DNA of 64,000 nucleotides from an uncultured Thermoplasmata archaeon (GTDB taxonomy: Archaea; Thermoplasmatota; Thermoplasmata; RBG-16-68-12): NCBI GenBank assembly GCA_963768855.1, contig CAVYJM010000011.1, forward strand, positions 96,001 to 160,000, in the 5' to 3' direction. This document shows, one piece after another, positions 1 to 9,402 of this stretch. The position numbers were made by a program, and so were the translations under genes. A model generated the notes under the pieces. That model saw only the letters and a program-made list of their open reading frames with translations, did not search any database and was not told the DNA's origin. Numbering within the stretch: the stretch's first letter is position 1; each line of letters starts with the position of its first letter.

Positions 1-739
1 ATCCGACGAGGTCGAACGGATGGTGGCCCAGGGTGATCCGCGTGATCTTCCCCCCGCCGAACTTCGCGTCCACCGGGAACTCCCCGCGCTCGTCCCGGTA
101 CGGCGGCAACTCGGGCAGCTCGACCTCCGTCTCCACGACGGGGGACATGAGCGTCGCCTGGCCCCCCTTGTTGAAGTACTGCGGGGCGAACTGGATCGGA
201 TACACCGATTCCACGAGGAGGAACCACGCCTTGTCCGTGTCGAGCTCGACGCGGTACGTCGTGCCCTTCGGGACCGAGACGTACACGTCCTTGCGGAACC
301 GGAGGTCCCCGTACTCCGTGCGAAACCGCCCCTCGCCCTCCTGGACGAAGTAGATTTCGTGTCGCTCCCCATTGCGGAAGAACGTGTCCTCAGGCATGTC
401 CTCCTTCGGCTTCGAGACGCCGAGCGACGTCCGGGGCCCCGCGACGATTGTCCTCCGGCCGCGGACCGCGTCCTTGTCGAAGGGCATTCGGCCCGTGCGG
501 ATGTGGTGAGGCTGGAGGAGGTCCGCCTCGGGCGGGAACGCGGGCGCGAGATCGAAGTCTCCGCGCCGGGGTGCCTTCACCTGATCCGTCGGGTACGCGC
601 GGACGTGGACCTTGCGGGACCAGGGTCCGCTGAAGCCATAGCTGCCGTGGATCTCCTCGAGGGCGAGGACGTCCGGGATCGCGTAGAACTCGGTGTGCGG
701 TGTCGGCGGGACGGTACCCCGCTTCGCAATGAGGACCAT
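1..739 (-). CDS. hmgA: Homogentisate 1,2-dioxygenase-like protein, 3' end truncated by window edge (not in ORF track)
   Basis: Manual translation from ATG 739: MVLIAKRGTVPPTPHTEFY...EEIHGSYGFSGPWS...FFRNGERHEIYFVQEGEGRFRTEYG...HPFDLVG. This matches HmgA motifs (EE-x-G-x-x-GFSG, RN-x-x-x-x-E-x-x-F, HPFDxVG). Frame is open to position 1. Confidence 0.75.
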   Translation of the reverse strand, partial: MVLIAKRGTVPPTPHTEFYAIPDVLALEEIHGSYGFSGPWSRKVHVRAYPTDQVKAPRRGDFDLAPAFPPEADLLQPHHIRTGRMPFDKDAVRGRRTIVAGPRTSLGVSKPKEDMPEDTFFRNGERHEIYFVQEGEGRFRTEYGDLRFRKDVYVSVPKGTTYRVELDTDKAWFLLVESVYPIQFAPQYFNKGGQATLMSPVVETEVELPELPPYRDERGEFPVDAKFGGGKITRITLGHHPFDLVG

Positions 740-851
740 CGCGTGCTCCCCTAGCGCGACGTATGCCCCGGCCGGTCTTAAACTCGCGCCGCGGCGGCCG
801 AGAGGTTCAAGTCCCACGGCGTCCTTGATGAGCGGGGGAAGCCAGGCCGCC

Positions 852-2165
852 ATGGGCGACGAGGCCCTCATCCACAACTACATCGTCGAGCGGAAACTGG
901 GCGGCGGCCTTCCTGGGAAGATCACCCTCTGGGACGAGACCCTCCGCGACGGCGAGCAGACGCCGGGCGTCGCCTTCACCCCGGAGGAGAAGGTCACGAT
1001 CGCGACTCTCCTCGATGAGATGGGCGTCCCCCTGATGGACGTGGGCATCCCGGTCGTGTCCTCCGAGGAGGCGCGCGGCGTCAAGGCGATCGCGAACGCG
1101 GGCCTCGACGCGTCGATCATGGCCGCCGCCCGCGCGGTCCGCAGGGACGTCGAGGCGTGCGTCGACGCCGGCGTCGACGAAATCGCGCTGTTCATCGCCT
1201 GCTCCGACCTGCACATGAAGTACAAGCTCAACATGACGCGCGAACAGGTCCAGGAGGCCGCGGTCCGCGAGGTGACGTATGCGAAGGACCACGGGCTCAG
1301 GGTCTCCTTCGTGACGGAGGACACGTTCCGCGCGGACCTCGACTACGTGGTCGAGCTGTACAACGCGTGCATCGAGGCGGGAGCGACCCGCTGCGTGATC
1401 TGCGACACGGTCGGCGTCATGACGCCGGTCGGCATCCGGTGGTTCGTGGAGCAGGTCAAGCCCCGCCTCCGGCCGACCCAGCTCTCCTTCCACGGCCACA
1501 ACGACTTCGGGCTCGCGACTGCGAACAGCCTCGCGGCGGTCGAGGCGGGCGTCGAGGTGCCTCACACCTGCGTGAACGGGCTCGGAGAGCGTTCGGGGAA
1601 CGCGAGCTTCGAGGAGCTCGTCATGGCCCTCGAGGCGCTCTACGGCTACAAGACCGGCATCGACGTCTCGCGGATGTACGAGGTCTCGCGCCTCGTCGAG
1701 AAGCTGAGCGGCGTCCCGGTCGGGGTGAACAAGCCCGTGGTCGGCTACAACGCCTTCAGCCACGAATCCGGCATCCATGCCGACGGCGTGATCAAGCACA
1801 CGGCGACCTACGAGCCGATCCAGCCCGAGCGGATCGGGCGCACGCGGCAGTTCATCTACGGGAAGCACACGGGTTCCGCCTCGGTCGTTGAGAAGCTCCG
1901 GACGAACCAGGTCGAGGCGAGTCCAGACCAGGTCCAGGCGCTCGTGGTGCTCATCAAGGAGTACGCCGAGAGCAAGTCCAAGGTGGACCCGCAGGCGTTC
2001 ATCGAGCTCTTCCGCGAGCGGGAGGACCGCCGCCGCGGCATCACGGAGGAGGAGTTCTGGCTCCTCGCGAAGCGGGCCGGTCTCGCGGTGCCTCCGGACC
2101 GCGAGCCGAAGTTCCCACGGTACAGCCTCGAGCCCCCGAAGGAGTCCGGGACGGCCCTCCGGTAG
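852..2165 (+). CDS. DRE-TIM 2-oxoacid:acetyl-CoA condensing enzyme, homocitrate synthase/AksA/NifV-like, without LeuA regulatory domain
   Basis: DETLRDGEQTPG, HGHNDFGLA, GLGERSGNA, HESGIH and GKHTG motifs; EDTFR motif as in homocitrate synthases; ATG at 852. Confidence 0.82.
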   Translation: MGDEALIHNYIVERKLGGGLPGKITLWDETLRDGEQTPGVAFTPEEKVTIATLLDEMGVPLMDVGIPVVSSEEARGVKAIANAGLDASIMAAARAVRRDVEACVDAGVDEIALFIACSDLHMKYKLNMTREQVQEAAVREVTYAKDHGLRVSFVTEDTFRADLDYVVELYNACIEAGATRCVICDTVGVMTPVGIRWFVEQVKPRLRPTQLSFHGHNDFGLATANSLAAVEAGVEVPHTCVNGLGERSGNASFEELVMALEALYGYKTGIDVSRMYEVSRLVEKLSGVPVGVNKPVVGYNAFSHESGIHADGVIKHTATYEPIQPERIGRTRQFIYGKHTGSASVVEKLRTNQVEASPDQVQALVVLIKEYAESKSKVDPQAFIELFREREDRRRGITEEEFWLLAKRAGLAVPPDREPKFPRYSLEPPKESGTALR

Positions 2166-2210
2166 ACCATGTTTATGACCTCCTCCCGCTTCCCATAGGG
2201 GGCGACCGAG

Positions 2211-3473
2211 ATGACCGCGCAGACGATGACCGAGAAGATCCTCGCGCGCGCGAGCCACCGTCCCGCCGTGCGGCCGGGCCAGATCGTGGACGGCTTCGTG
2301 GACCTCCTCTACATGCACGAGATGCTTGCCCTCGCCCTCAAGCCGTTCGACGAGATCGGCGTGAAGCGGATCTGGGATCCCGCCAAATGCGTCGTCACGA
2401 TTGACCACTGGGTTCCGCCGCCGACCCCCGAGGTCGCGAAGATGCACCAGGCGATCCGCGAGTTCTGCTGGGCCCAGGGCATCGCCCGGTTCCACGATGT
2501 CGGCGATCACGGGATCATCCATCAGCTCGTCGTCGAGCGCGGCTACGTCCACCCGGGCGAGCTCGTGATCGGGTGCGATTCCCACACGAACATGGCGGGG
2601 GCCATGGGAGCCTTCGCCGCGGGGATCGGCGCGACGGAGACCGCCGCGGTCATGGCGACGGGCAAGCTCTGGCTCAAGGTGCCCGAGACGATCGACGTCC
2701 GCGTGGAGGGGAAGCTCGCGAAGCGCACGGGGGCGAAGGACGTCATCCTGAAGGTCATCCAGACCACCGGGGACGATGGGGCGGCGTACAAGGCCGTGGA
2801 GTTCCACGGCGGCACGGTCCGTGCGTTCCCGATGAACGAGCGGTTCACCCTCTCCAACATGACCACGGAGATGGGCGCGAAGGCCGGGATCGTCCCCTCC
2901 GATGAAACGACGGAGCGCTACCTCGAGGCCGTCGGGGCGAAGACCTCGTACCGCGCGCTGGACGGGGATCCGGGAGCGACCTACCTGAACGTGTACGACC
3001 TCGACGTGAACGGGATGGGGCCGCAGGTCGCCTGCCCAAACAATCCCGCGAACGTGAAGCCGATCGAGGAGGTGGCGGGCACGAAGATCGACATGGCCTT
3101 CCTCGGCTCGTGCACGAACGCGCGGATCGAGGACCTCCGGGCCGCGGCGGAGATTCTGAGCGGCGAGAAGGTCGCCCCGCATGTCCGGATGATCGTGACG
3201 CCCGCGTCGCAGGCGATCTACCGACAGGCGCTCAAGGAGGGCCTGGCGGAGGTCTTCCTCGAGGCCGGGGCCACGTTTACCTCGTCCACGTGCGGACCGT
3301 GCTTCGGGGGCCACATGGGCGTCCTGGGGCCGAAGGAGGTCTGCATCTCGTCGACGAACCGCAATTACCCCGGGCGCATGGGGAGTCCGGAAGCCCTGGT
3401 GTACCTCGGTTCGCCCTACACCGTGGCCGCCTCGGCGATGTACGGGGTCCTGACGGACCCGCGGGAGGCGTGA
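2211..3473 (+). CDS. leuC: 3-isopropylmalate dehydratase/homoaconitase large subunit (LeuC/HacA family)
   Basis: DSHT, GSCTNAR and CGPCFGGH Fe-S motifs; STNRNYPGRMG. Confidence 0.88.
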   Translation: MTAQTMTEKILARASHRPAVRPGQIVDGFVDLLYMHEMLALALKPFDEIGVKRIWDPAKCVVTIDHWVPPPTPEVAKMHQAIREFCWAQGIARFHDVGDHGIIHQLVVERGYVHPGELVIGCDSHTNMAGAMGAFAAGIGATETAAVMATGKLWLKVPETIDVRVEGKLAKRTGAKDVILKVIQTTGDDGAAYKAVEFHGGTVRAFPMNERFTLSNMTTEMGAKAGIVPSDETTERYLEAVGAKTSYRALDGDPGATYLNVYDLDVNGMGPQVACPNNPANVKPIEEVAGTKIDMAFLGSCTNARIEDLRAAAEILSGEKVAPHVRMIVTPASQAIYRQALKEGLAEVFLEAGATFTSSTCGPCFGGHMGVLGPKEVCISSTNRNYPGRMGSPEALVYLGSPYTVAASAMYGVLTDPREA

Positions 3474-3982
3474 CCGTGCAGACCACGTTCGAGGGGCGCG
3501 TCTGGAAGTTCGGTGACGATATCTCGACGGACCACATCATCGCGGGACGCTACCTCACCTCGGTCGACCCGAAGGTCCTCTCCGAGCACGTCATGGAGAA
3601 CGTGGACCCCTCGTTCGTGAAGGGGGTCCGGCCCGGGGACATCGTCGTGGGCGCCACGAACTTCGGGTGCGGCTCGAGCCGCGAGCAGGCGCCGATCGCC
3701 CTGAAGGCGGCCGGCATCTCCTGCGTCGCAGCCAACACCTTCGCCCGTATCTTCTACCGGAACGCAATCAACATCGGCTTCCCGGTCATCGAGTGCCCCG
3801 GGCTCCACGAGATGGTGAAGGAGGGCGACGTGATCACGGTCGACCTCGCGGCGGGTCATGTCATGCTGCCCTCCGGGGAGACCGTGCGGTTTCAGCCCTT
3901 CCCGCCGAACATCCTCGAGATCCTGAACGCAGGTGGTCTCGTCCCGAAGCTCCGCGCGGAGCTCGCGTCGCGGTCCGCATGA
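3470..3982 (+). CDS. leuD: 3-isopropylmalate dehydratase/homoaconitase small subunit (LeuD/HacB family)
   Basis: FGDDISTDHII, NFGCGSSREQAP, FARIFYRNAINIG; GTG start overlaps the upstream stop (GTGA). Confidence 0.88.
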   Translation: MTVQTTFEGRVWKFGDDISTDHIIAGRYLTSVDPKVLSEHVMENVDPSFVKGVRPGDIVVGATNFGCGSSREQAPIALKAAGISCVAANTFARIFYRNAINIGFPVIECPGLHEMVKEGDVITVDLAAGHVMLPSGETVRFQPFPPNILEILNAGGLVPKLRAELASRSA

Positions 3983-4028
3983 AGTGGATCCGACGGGCCG
4001 TGCGACAAGGCGCCGTGGGGAGTTGAAG

Positions 4029-4048
4029 TCAACCTTAAACAAGGTTGA
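4029..4048. promoter_or_regulatory. Inverted repeat TCAACCTT-aaac-AAGGTTGA overlapping a TATA-like CTTAAA
   Basis: Perfect 8-bp arms with a 4-bp spacer in the leuD-leuB intergenic region. Confidence 0.5.
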
Positions 4049-4125
4049 TCTCCGCTGACCCGCGGCGTCGTGGATCGCGGTCCCGCGCGAATCCTTATGT
4101 GGCGTTTCCGCTTCCGCGCCTGCCG

Positions 4126-5256
4126 ATGGCGTACAAGCTCGCACTCCTGGGAGGTGACGGCACGGGTCCTGAGGTCCTGCGGGAGGGCGTCAAGGTCCTC
4201 GAGGCCGTGCAGGACGCCTACGGCGTCGCGTTCGACATGGTCCCGTATGCCGCGGGGGGCCAGCATTTCCTCGACACCGGGGAGGAGTGGCCCGACGGCA
4301 CGTTCGAGTCGTGTAAGGCCGCGGATGCAATCCTCCTCGGGGCAGTCGGCCTGCCCAACGCGATCCTGCCGAATGGGGAGCTCGCGGGGATCGGGGTCCT
4401 CTTCGGCCTTCGCTTCGGCCTCGACCTCTACGCGAACGTGCGGCCGACGAAGCTCTACCCGAACGTCCGTCACAAGGTCCACGACGGGTTCAAGCAGGTC
4501 TGGGATCCGGGGAAGGTCGACTTCGTCATCATCCGGGAGAACACGGAAGGACTGTACACGCCGACGCGCGGCTACCTGGACCGGGGCGGAATGAAGGAGC
4601 TCGCGATCGACAGCCGGGTGATCACCCGCAAGGGCGCCGAGCGCGTGATCCGATTCGCCTTCGAGCTGGCGAAGACGCGCCGCGGTGCACCCGCGGACGG
4701 GAAGCACCGCGTCACCTGCGTGGACAAGTCCAACGTCACCGCCGGGTGCAAGCTGTTCCGCGCGATCTACGACGAAGTGGCCGCCGACTATCCGGCGATC
4801 GGGAAGGACTACGCCTACATCGACGCTTTCCTCCAGTGGCTCGTGCGCTCCCCCGAGGCGTACGACGTCGCGGTCACGTCGAACATGTTCGGCGACATCG
4901 CGACGGACCTCGCGGCGGTCCTCCAGGGAGGCATGGGCATGGCCGCGGGTGGGAACGTCGGCGACGAACATGCCCTCTTCGAGCCGATCCACGGCAGCGC
5001 GCCGAAGTACGCCGGCAAGGACGTCGTCAATCCGACGGCGATGATCCTCGCGGTCCAGATGATGCTGGAGTGGCTCGGGCGGCGCAAGAAGGACCGCGCC
5101 CTGCAGGAGTCCGCCGTCGTCGTGGAGAAGGCGGTCGAGGCCGTCCTCCGCGAGGGGAAGACGCTCACCTACGACCTGGGCGGGGCCGGAAGGTGCAGCG
5201 AGATGGGTTCCGCAATCGCGGAGTCGACCCGGAGACTCGCGAAGAAGCCCCAGTGA
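4126..5256 (+). CDS. leuB: Beta-decarboxylating dehydrogenase (isopropylmalate/homoisocitrate dehydrogenase family)
   Basis: GDGTGPEV, DLYANVRP, RENTEGLY, VDKSNV, NMFGDI, EPIHGSAPKYAG. Confidence 0.85.
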   Translation: MAYKLALLGGDGTGPEVLREGVKVLEAVQDAYGVAFDMVPYAAGGQHFLDTGEEWPDGTFESCKAADAILLGAVGLPNAILPNGELAGIGVLFGLRFGLDLYANVRPTKLYPNVRHKVHDGFKQVWDPGKVDFVIIRENTEGLYTPTRGYLDRGGMKELAIDSRVITRKGAERVIRFAFELAKTRRGAPADGKHRVTCVDKSNVTAGCKLFRAIYDEVAADYPAIGKDYAYIDAFLQWLVRSPEAYDVAVTSNMFGDIATDLAAVLQGGMGMAAGGNVGDEHALFEPIHGSAPKYAGKDVVNPTAMILAVQMMLEWLGRRKKDRALQESAVVVEKAVEAVLREGKTLTYDLGGAGRCSEMGSAIAESTRRLAKKPQ

Positions 5257-5265
5257 TTCGTGGGC

Positions 5266-5475
5266 TCAGTACTGGACGAACAGGCGCCGGCATCCGGTGC
5301 ACCGGTACGCGTCCATGTAGACGTTGCCCCACCCGTCCGGCTTGATGAGGACTTCGCCGCCCCGTGCGAGGCGGCTCTTCTCCGTCATCCACTTGGCCCC
5401 TTCGACGAAGCTCTCGGCCACGAGGTAGCCCTTCTGCATCGGCTTGCCGCACGAGCCGCAGATATCCGGCCCCAT
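5266..5475 (-). CDS. Small zinc-ribbon protein (PF20097/DUF6487-like)
   Basis: 69 aa with CGSC..MQKGY at the N-terminus and CTGC at the C-terminus. Confidence 0.6.
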   Translation of the reverse strand: MGPDICGSCGKPMQKGYLVAESFVEGAKWMTEKSRLARGGEVLIKPDGWGNVYMDAYRCTGCRRLFVQY

Positions 5476-5557
5476 CGCCGTGGGAACACGGGGTCCCCGC
5501 CATAACCCTTCCCCTTGGATAATCAATATCGAGAGCCGGAGGCCGGGCTGGCTCGGC

Positions 5558-6670
5558 TCAGAGGGGGAACTTGTCGAGGATCTCCGGCCGACGGCGCTCC
5601 CCGCTCTTCATGTACTCTTCGAGCTGCTCCCGCAGGACCGGCGTCAGCTCCGCGAAGACATCTGTGAACAGGGTCTCCAGGTCCGGGGGCGGGGCGCGCT
5701 CGACCTCCCGGATCGTCTCCGTGATTAGCTCGTCGAGCTCCTTCCGCAGCGCGGCGTCCTGGTCCGCGTTCCACAGGCCCTTGAGCTCGAGGTACTTGCG
5801 CATCCGTTCAATCGGGTCCTGGCGCTGCCACCCCGCGACCTCCTCCTTCGAGCGGTATCTCGTCGGATCGTCGCTCGAGGAGTGTGGCCCCATCCGGTAC
5901 GTGACCGCCTCGATCATCGTCGGCCCGCCCCCGCCACGCGCCTTGTCGACAGCGGCTTTCGTGGCGCGGTACACCGCCAGCACGTCGTTCCCGTCCACCC
6001 GGACGCCCTCCATGCCGTAGGCGAGGGCCTTCTGCGCGAGCGTGTGGGCGGCCGTCTGGTGGGCTAGGGGGACGGAGATCGCGTACTGGTTGTTCTTGCA
6101 GAAGAGCACGGTCGGGGTCTTGAACACCCCTGCGAAGTTCATCCCCACGTGGAAGTCGCTCCCGCTCGTGGCCCCGTCGCCGAAATACACGAGGGTCACG
6201 ACCGGGTCACCGCGGACCTTCGCCGCCCACGCCGCGCCGACGGCCTGGGGGATCTGGGTGCCAACCGGGCTTGATGCGGACACGTAGTTGATCTGCTTCC
6301 AGCCGAAGTGGTTCGGCATCTGGCGGCCCTTGTTCGCGTCGAGGCTGTTCGCGAACTCCTGAGCAATCATCAGCTTGAGGTCGAGCCCCCGTGTGAGCGC
6401 GCACCCGGGTTCGCGGTAGGCGGGGAAGACCCAGTCCACCTTGTCGAGGGCGAGTGCGCTGCCGACCTGGCACGCCTCTTCGCCCGTGCTCGGCACGTAG
6501 AAGCCGATCCGGCCCTGTCGCTGGAGCGACAGCATGCGGGAGTCGAGGATGCGGACGAGGACCAGGTCGCGATACGCCTTCTTCAGCGCGTCCGCGGAGA
6601 GCTTCGGCTCGACCTTCGAGTCGTACGTCCCGTCGAGATCGATGATCCGGAGCAGCTCTTCCTTCGTCAT
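5558..6670 (-). CDS. pdhA: 2-oxoacid dehydrogenase E1 alpha (copy 1)
   Basis: LQRQGRIGFY, GRQMPNH, YFGDGATS...N TPP motif, HSSSDDP. Confidence 0.92.
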   Translation of the reverse strand: MTKEELLRIIDLDGTYDSKVEPKLSADALKKAYRDLVLVRILDSRMLSLQRQGRIGFYVPSTGEEACQVGSALALDKVDWVFPAYREPGCALTRGLDLKLMIAQEFANSLDANKGRQMPNHFGWKQINYVSASSPVGTQIPQAVGAAWAAKVRGDPVVTLVYFGDGATSGSDFHVGMNFAGVFKTPTVLFCKNNQYAISVPLAHQTAAHTLAQKALAYGMEGVRVDGNDVLAVYRATKAAVDKARGGGGPTMIEAVTYRMGPHSSSDDPTRYRSKEEVAGWQRQDPIERMRKYLELKGLWNADQDAALRKELDELITETIREVERAPPPDLETLFTDVFAELTPVLREQLEEYMKSGERRRPEILDKFPL

Positions 6671-6674
6671 GCCC

Positions 6675-7571
6675 TCAGAGGCCTCCCGGGCGTCGCCGCT
6701 CGCGGAGCGCGTTCTCCAGGAAGAACTCGCCGGCCCGGTAGGAGGACCGCACGAGCGGGCCCGCGGCCACATAGGCGAAACCCAGGTCCTCGCCCTCCTC
6801 GCGCAGCTCGTCGAACGTCTCCGGCGTCACGTACTCCTGAACGGGCAGGTGCCACGCGCTCGGCCTCAGGTACTGGCCGAAGGTCAAGAGGTCCACGTCG
6901 TTCGCGCGGAGATCCCGCATCGCCTCCCGGATCTCCTCCCGTGTCTCGCCGAGGCCGAGCATGAGCGAGGACTTCGTGAACAGGCCGCGACGCATCCCCT
7001 TCGCGCCCCGCAGGACGGAGAGGCTCTGCTGGTAGTTCGCCCGCGGATCCCGGGCAACGCCCTGGAGGCGTCGCACGGTCTCTAGGTTGTGATCCAGGAC
7101 GTCCGGGCCCGCCTCCACGACGGTCCGCACCGCGTCCAGGTCCCCCTGGAAGTCCGGGATGAGGGCCTCGACGAGGATCTCCGGGTCGCGGGCCTTGATC
7201 TCCCGGATCGTCTCGGCGAAATGGGAGGCACCGCCGTCCGGGAGGTCGTCCCGGTCGACCGACGTGAGAACGACGTATGTCAGGCCGAGATCCGCAATCG
7301 CGGCGGCGACCTTTCGTGGCTCGTCCGCGTCCACGAGGCCGTGGGGATGTCCCGACTTCACCGCGCAGAAGCGGCAGCCGCGGGTGCACAGGTCGCCTAG
7401 GAGCATGATAGTGGCGGTCCCGCCCCCCCAGCATTCAGACATGTTCGGGCAGTGGGCCTCCTCGCACACCGTGTGAAGGTTGAGGTCCCGCAGGAGGGAT
7501 TTGAGGTGGCCGTAGTTGTCTCCCGAGGGCGGGCGAACCCGCAGCCACTCCGGTTTCCTCTCGGCCAGCAT
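6675..7571 (-). CDS. lipA: Lipoyl synthase (radical SAM)
   Basis: [25 protein letters not shown] and RSSY motifs; alternative GTG start at 7580. Confidence 0.95.
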   Translation of the reverse strand: MLAERKPEWLRVRPPSGDNYGHLKSLLRDLNLHTVCEEAHCPNMSECWGGGTATIMLLGDLCTRGCRFCAVKSGHPHGLVDADEPRKVAAAIADLGLTYVVLTSVDRDDLPDGGASHFAETIREIKARDPEILVEALIPDFQGDLDAVRTVVEAGPDVLDHNLETVRRLQGVARDPRANYQQSLSVLRGAKGMRRGLFTKSSLMLGLGETREEIREAMRDLRANDVDLLTFGQYLRPSAWHLPVQEYVTPETFDELREEGEDLGFAYVAAGPLVRSSYRAGEFFLENALRERRRPGGL

Positions 7572-7626
7572 CAGATTCACGCAAGCACCCGGACCTTAAA
7601 AGCTCTAAGGGTTCCGCGGCCTTCGG

Positions 7627-7941
7627 TCATCCGAACCGGAAGCCGACGCCGTACGAGCCGCGGGGATAGGACCACCGGATCGCTCCCTTCCCGATGTGCG
7701 CGCAGACCACCGCGCAGGCGCCGAGCTCGATACACCCCTCCGTGTTGTACACGAGCTCCCCCTTCTCGAGCCGGTATACCTTCGTCGGGCAGACGTAGAG
7801 GCACGGCTTCGCCTCGCAGGTCCGGCAGATCTGGGTGTCCACCGTGATGAACGCCTCCTCGTCGAACTCGAACTTGTCCAGGCCGACGCGGTCGTCCGCG
7901 GTCAGGACCTTCGAGGCGTCCGGCTTCGGGGTCTCGGGCAT
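7627..7941 (-). CDS. fixX: FixX/EtfX-like ferredoxin
   Basis: CRTCEAKPCLYVCP, GCIELGACAVVC and C-terminal W-x-YPRG-x-YGV-x-F-x-FG typical of FixX. Confidence 0.85.
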   Translation of the reverse strand: MPETPKPDASKVLTADDRVGLDKFEFDEEAFITVDTQICRTCEAKPCLYVCPTKVYRLEKGELVYNTEGCIELGACAVVCAHIGKGAIRWSYPRGSYGVGFRFG

Positions 7942-8106
7942 CGGGTCGGTCGGCGGAAGAGGAGGAACGGTACAAAAGGGTTGGCCACTTCCCTGCCGGG
8001 GAGCTGCTTTCCGACGCGAGGAGCAACGGGCGCCCGCGGTCGAGCCTGACGGCGGTACCCTAAAGGCTTTTACTCGCTCCGCTTTTCCGCTCCGGGTCAA
8101 GGTACG

Positions 8107-9402
8107 ATGACAGAGCGTTTTGATGCAATCGTCGTGGGCGCCGGCCCGGCCGGCTCCGCGGCGGCCCTGACCCTCGCGCGGAAGAAGTTCTCCGTCCTGC
8201 TCGTGGAGCGCGGCCGCGCTCCGGGACAGAAGAACATGTTCGGCGGCCGCATCTACGCGTGGCCGCTCTTCGATCTCGTTCCCGACTGGCAGAAGGACTG
8301 CCCCGTCGAGCGCCTCGTCACGAAGGAGAGCCTCGCCTTCCTCACGGAGGACGCCTCGCTCGGCCTCGCATTCGACTCTCCGAAGCTCGCCGAGGGGAAG
8401 GCGGCCAGCTTCACCGCACTGCGCGCCAAGTTCGACGCGTGGCTCGCGAAGAAGGCCGAGGACGCGGGGGCTATGCTCATCACCGGCATCCGCGTGGATG
8501 ACCTATGGCGGGAGGACGGCCGCGTGAAGGGCGTCTACGTCGCCCCGAACGACCGCGTGGCCGCGGACCTCGTAGTCATCGCGGAGGGTGCGACCTCGAC
8601 CCTTGTCCGGAAGGCGGGTCTGAAGGCGGACCTCGAGCCCCGCGAGGTCAGCGTCGGCGTCAAGGAGACGATCGAGCTCCCGCCCGAGACGATTCAGGAG
8701 CGCTTCTCGCTCGGGGAGAAGGAGGGGGCCGCGACCGTCTACGCGGGCTATGCATCCCTCGGTCTCCGGGGCGGCGGTTTCCTCTACACGAACAAGGCGT
8801 CGATCTCCCTGGGCCTCGTCATCTCCTCCGAGGACCTGGCCCGGAAGAAGCTTGAGGTGCAGGACGTCCAGACGAAGTTCCGGATGCATCCCGCAATCCA
8901 GAAGCTGCTCAAGGGCGGCAAGCTGACCGAGTACAGCGCTCACCTCGTCCCCGAACTCGGGCGGCGGATGATGCCCCAGCTCGCCGGGGACGGCGTCCTC
9001 GTGGCAGGGGATAGTGCGGGGTTCCTGATCAACAACGGGTACACGTTCCGCGGTGTGGACCTGGCCATGGCCTCCGGCATGGCGGCGGGCGAGGCCGCGG
9101 ACGCGGCCAGGTCGGCGGGCGGGATGACCGCGGCGAACCTCGCGGCGTACGAGCGGTCGCTCCGCGCCCACAACGTGCTCACAGACCTCGAGGCGTTCGC
9201 ACGCGCGCCGCTGTACCTGAAGAACGAGCGCCTCTTCGACGTCTATCCTCGGCTCCTGATCGACCTCGCGGAACGTGTGTACCGCGTGGACGGGACGGCC
9301 CGGGAACGCCTCGTCGACACGGTCCTGAAGGAGGCGAACGCCTCGGGCGTCTCCAAGCTCGCGTTGCTCATGGACCTGCTGAGAGGAGCGCGATCGATGT
9401 GA
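8107..9402 (+). CDS. fixC: FixC/EtfC flavoprotein (ETF:quinone oxidoreductase-like)
   Basis: GAGPAG, ERG..PGQKNMFGG, EYSAHLVPE, GDSAG; adjacent to etfAB and fixX. Confidence 0.88.
   Translation: MTERFDAIVVGAGPAGSAAALTLARKKFSVLLVERGRAPGQKNMFGGRIYAWPLFDLVPDWQKDCPVERLVTKESLAFLTEDASLGLAFDSPKLAEGKAASFTALRAKFDAWLAKKAEDAGAMLITGIRVDDLWREDGRVKGVYVAPNDRVAADLVVIAEGATSTLVRKAGLKADLEPREVSVGVKETIELPPETIQERFSLGEKEGAATVYAGYASLGLRGGGFLYTNKASISLGLVISSEDLARKKLEVQDVQTKFRMHPAIQKLLKGGKLTEYSAHLVPELGRRMMPQLAGDGVLVAGDSAGFLINNGYTFRGVDLAMASGMAAGEAADAARSAGGMTAANLAAYERSLRAHNVLTDLEAFARAPLYLKNERLFDVYPRLLIDLAERVYRVDGTARERLVDTVLKEANASGVSKLALLMDLLRGARSM

Noticed and set aside
807-3314. 835-aa minus-strand ORF and similar long ORFs (e.g. 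12409-14706, 18032-19744, 35968-37929, 50233-51543)
   Set aside because: They lie antisense or off-frame to well-supported genes, are Arg/Gly/Pro-rich and have no motifs; these are typical high-GC shadow ORFs.
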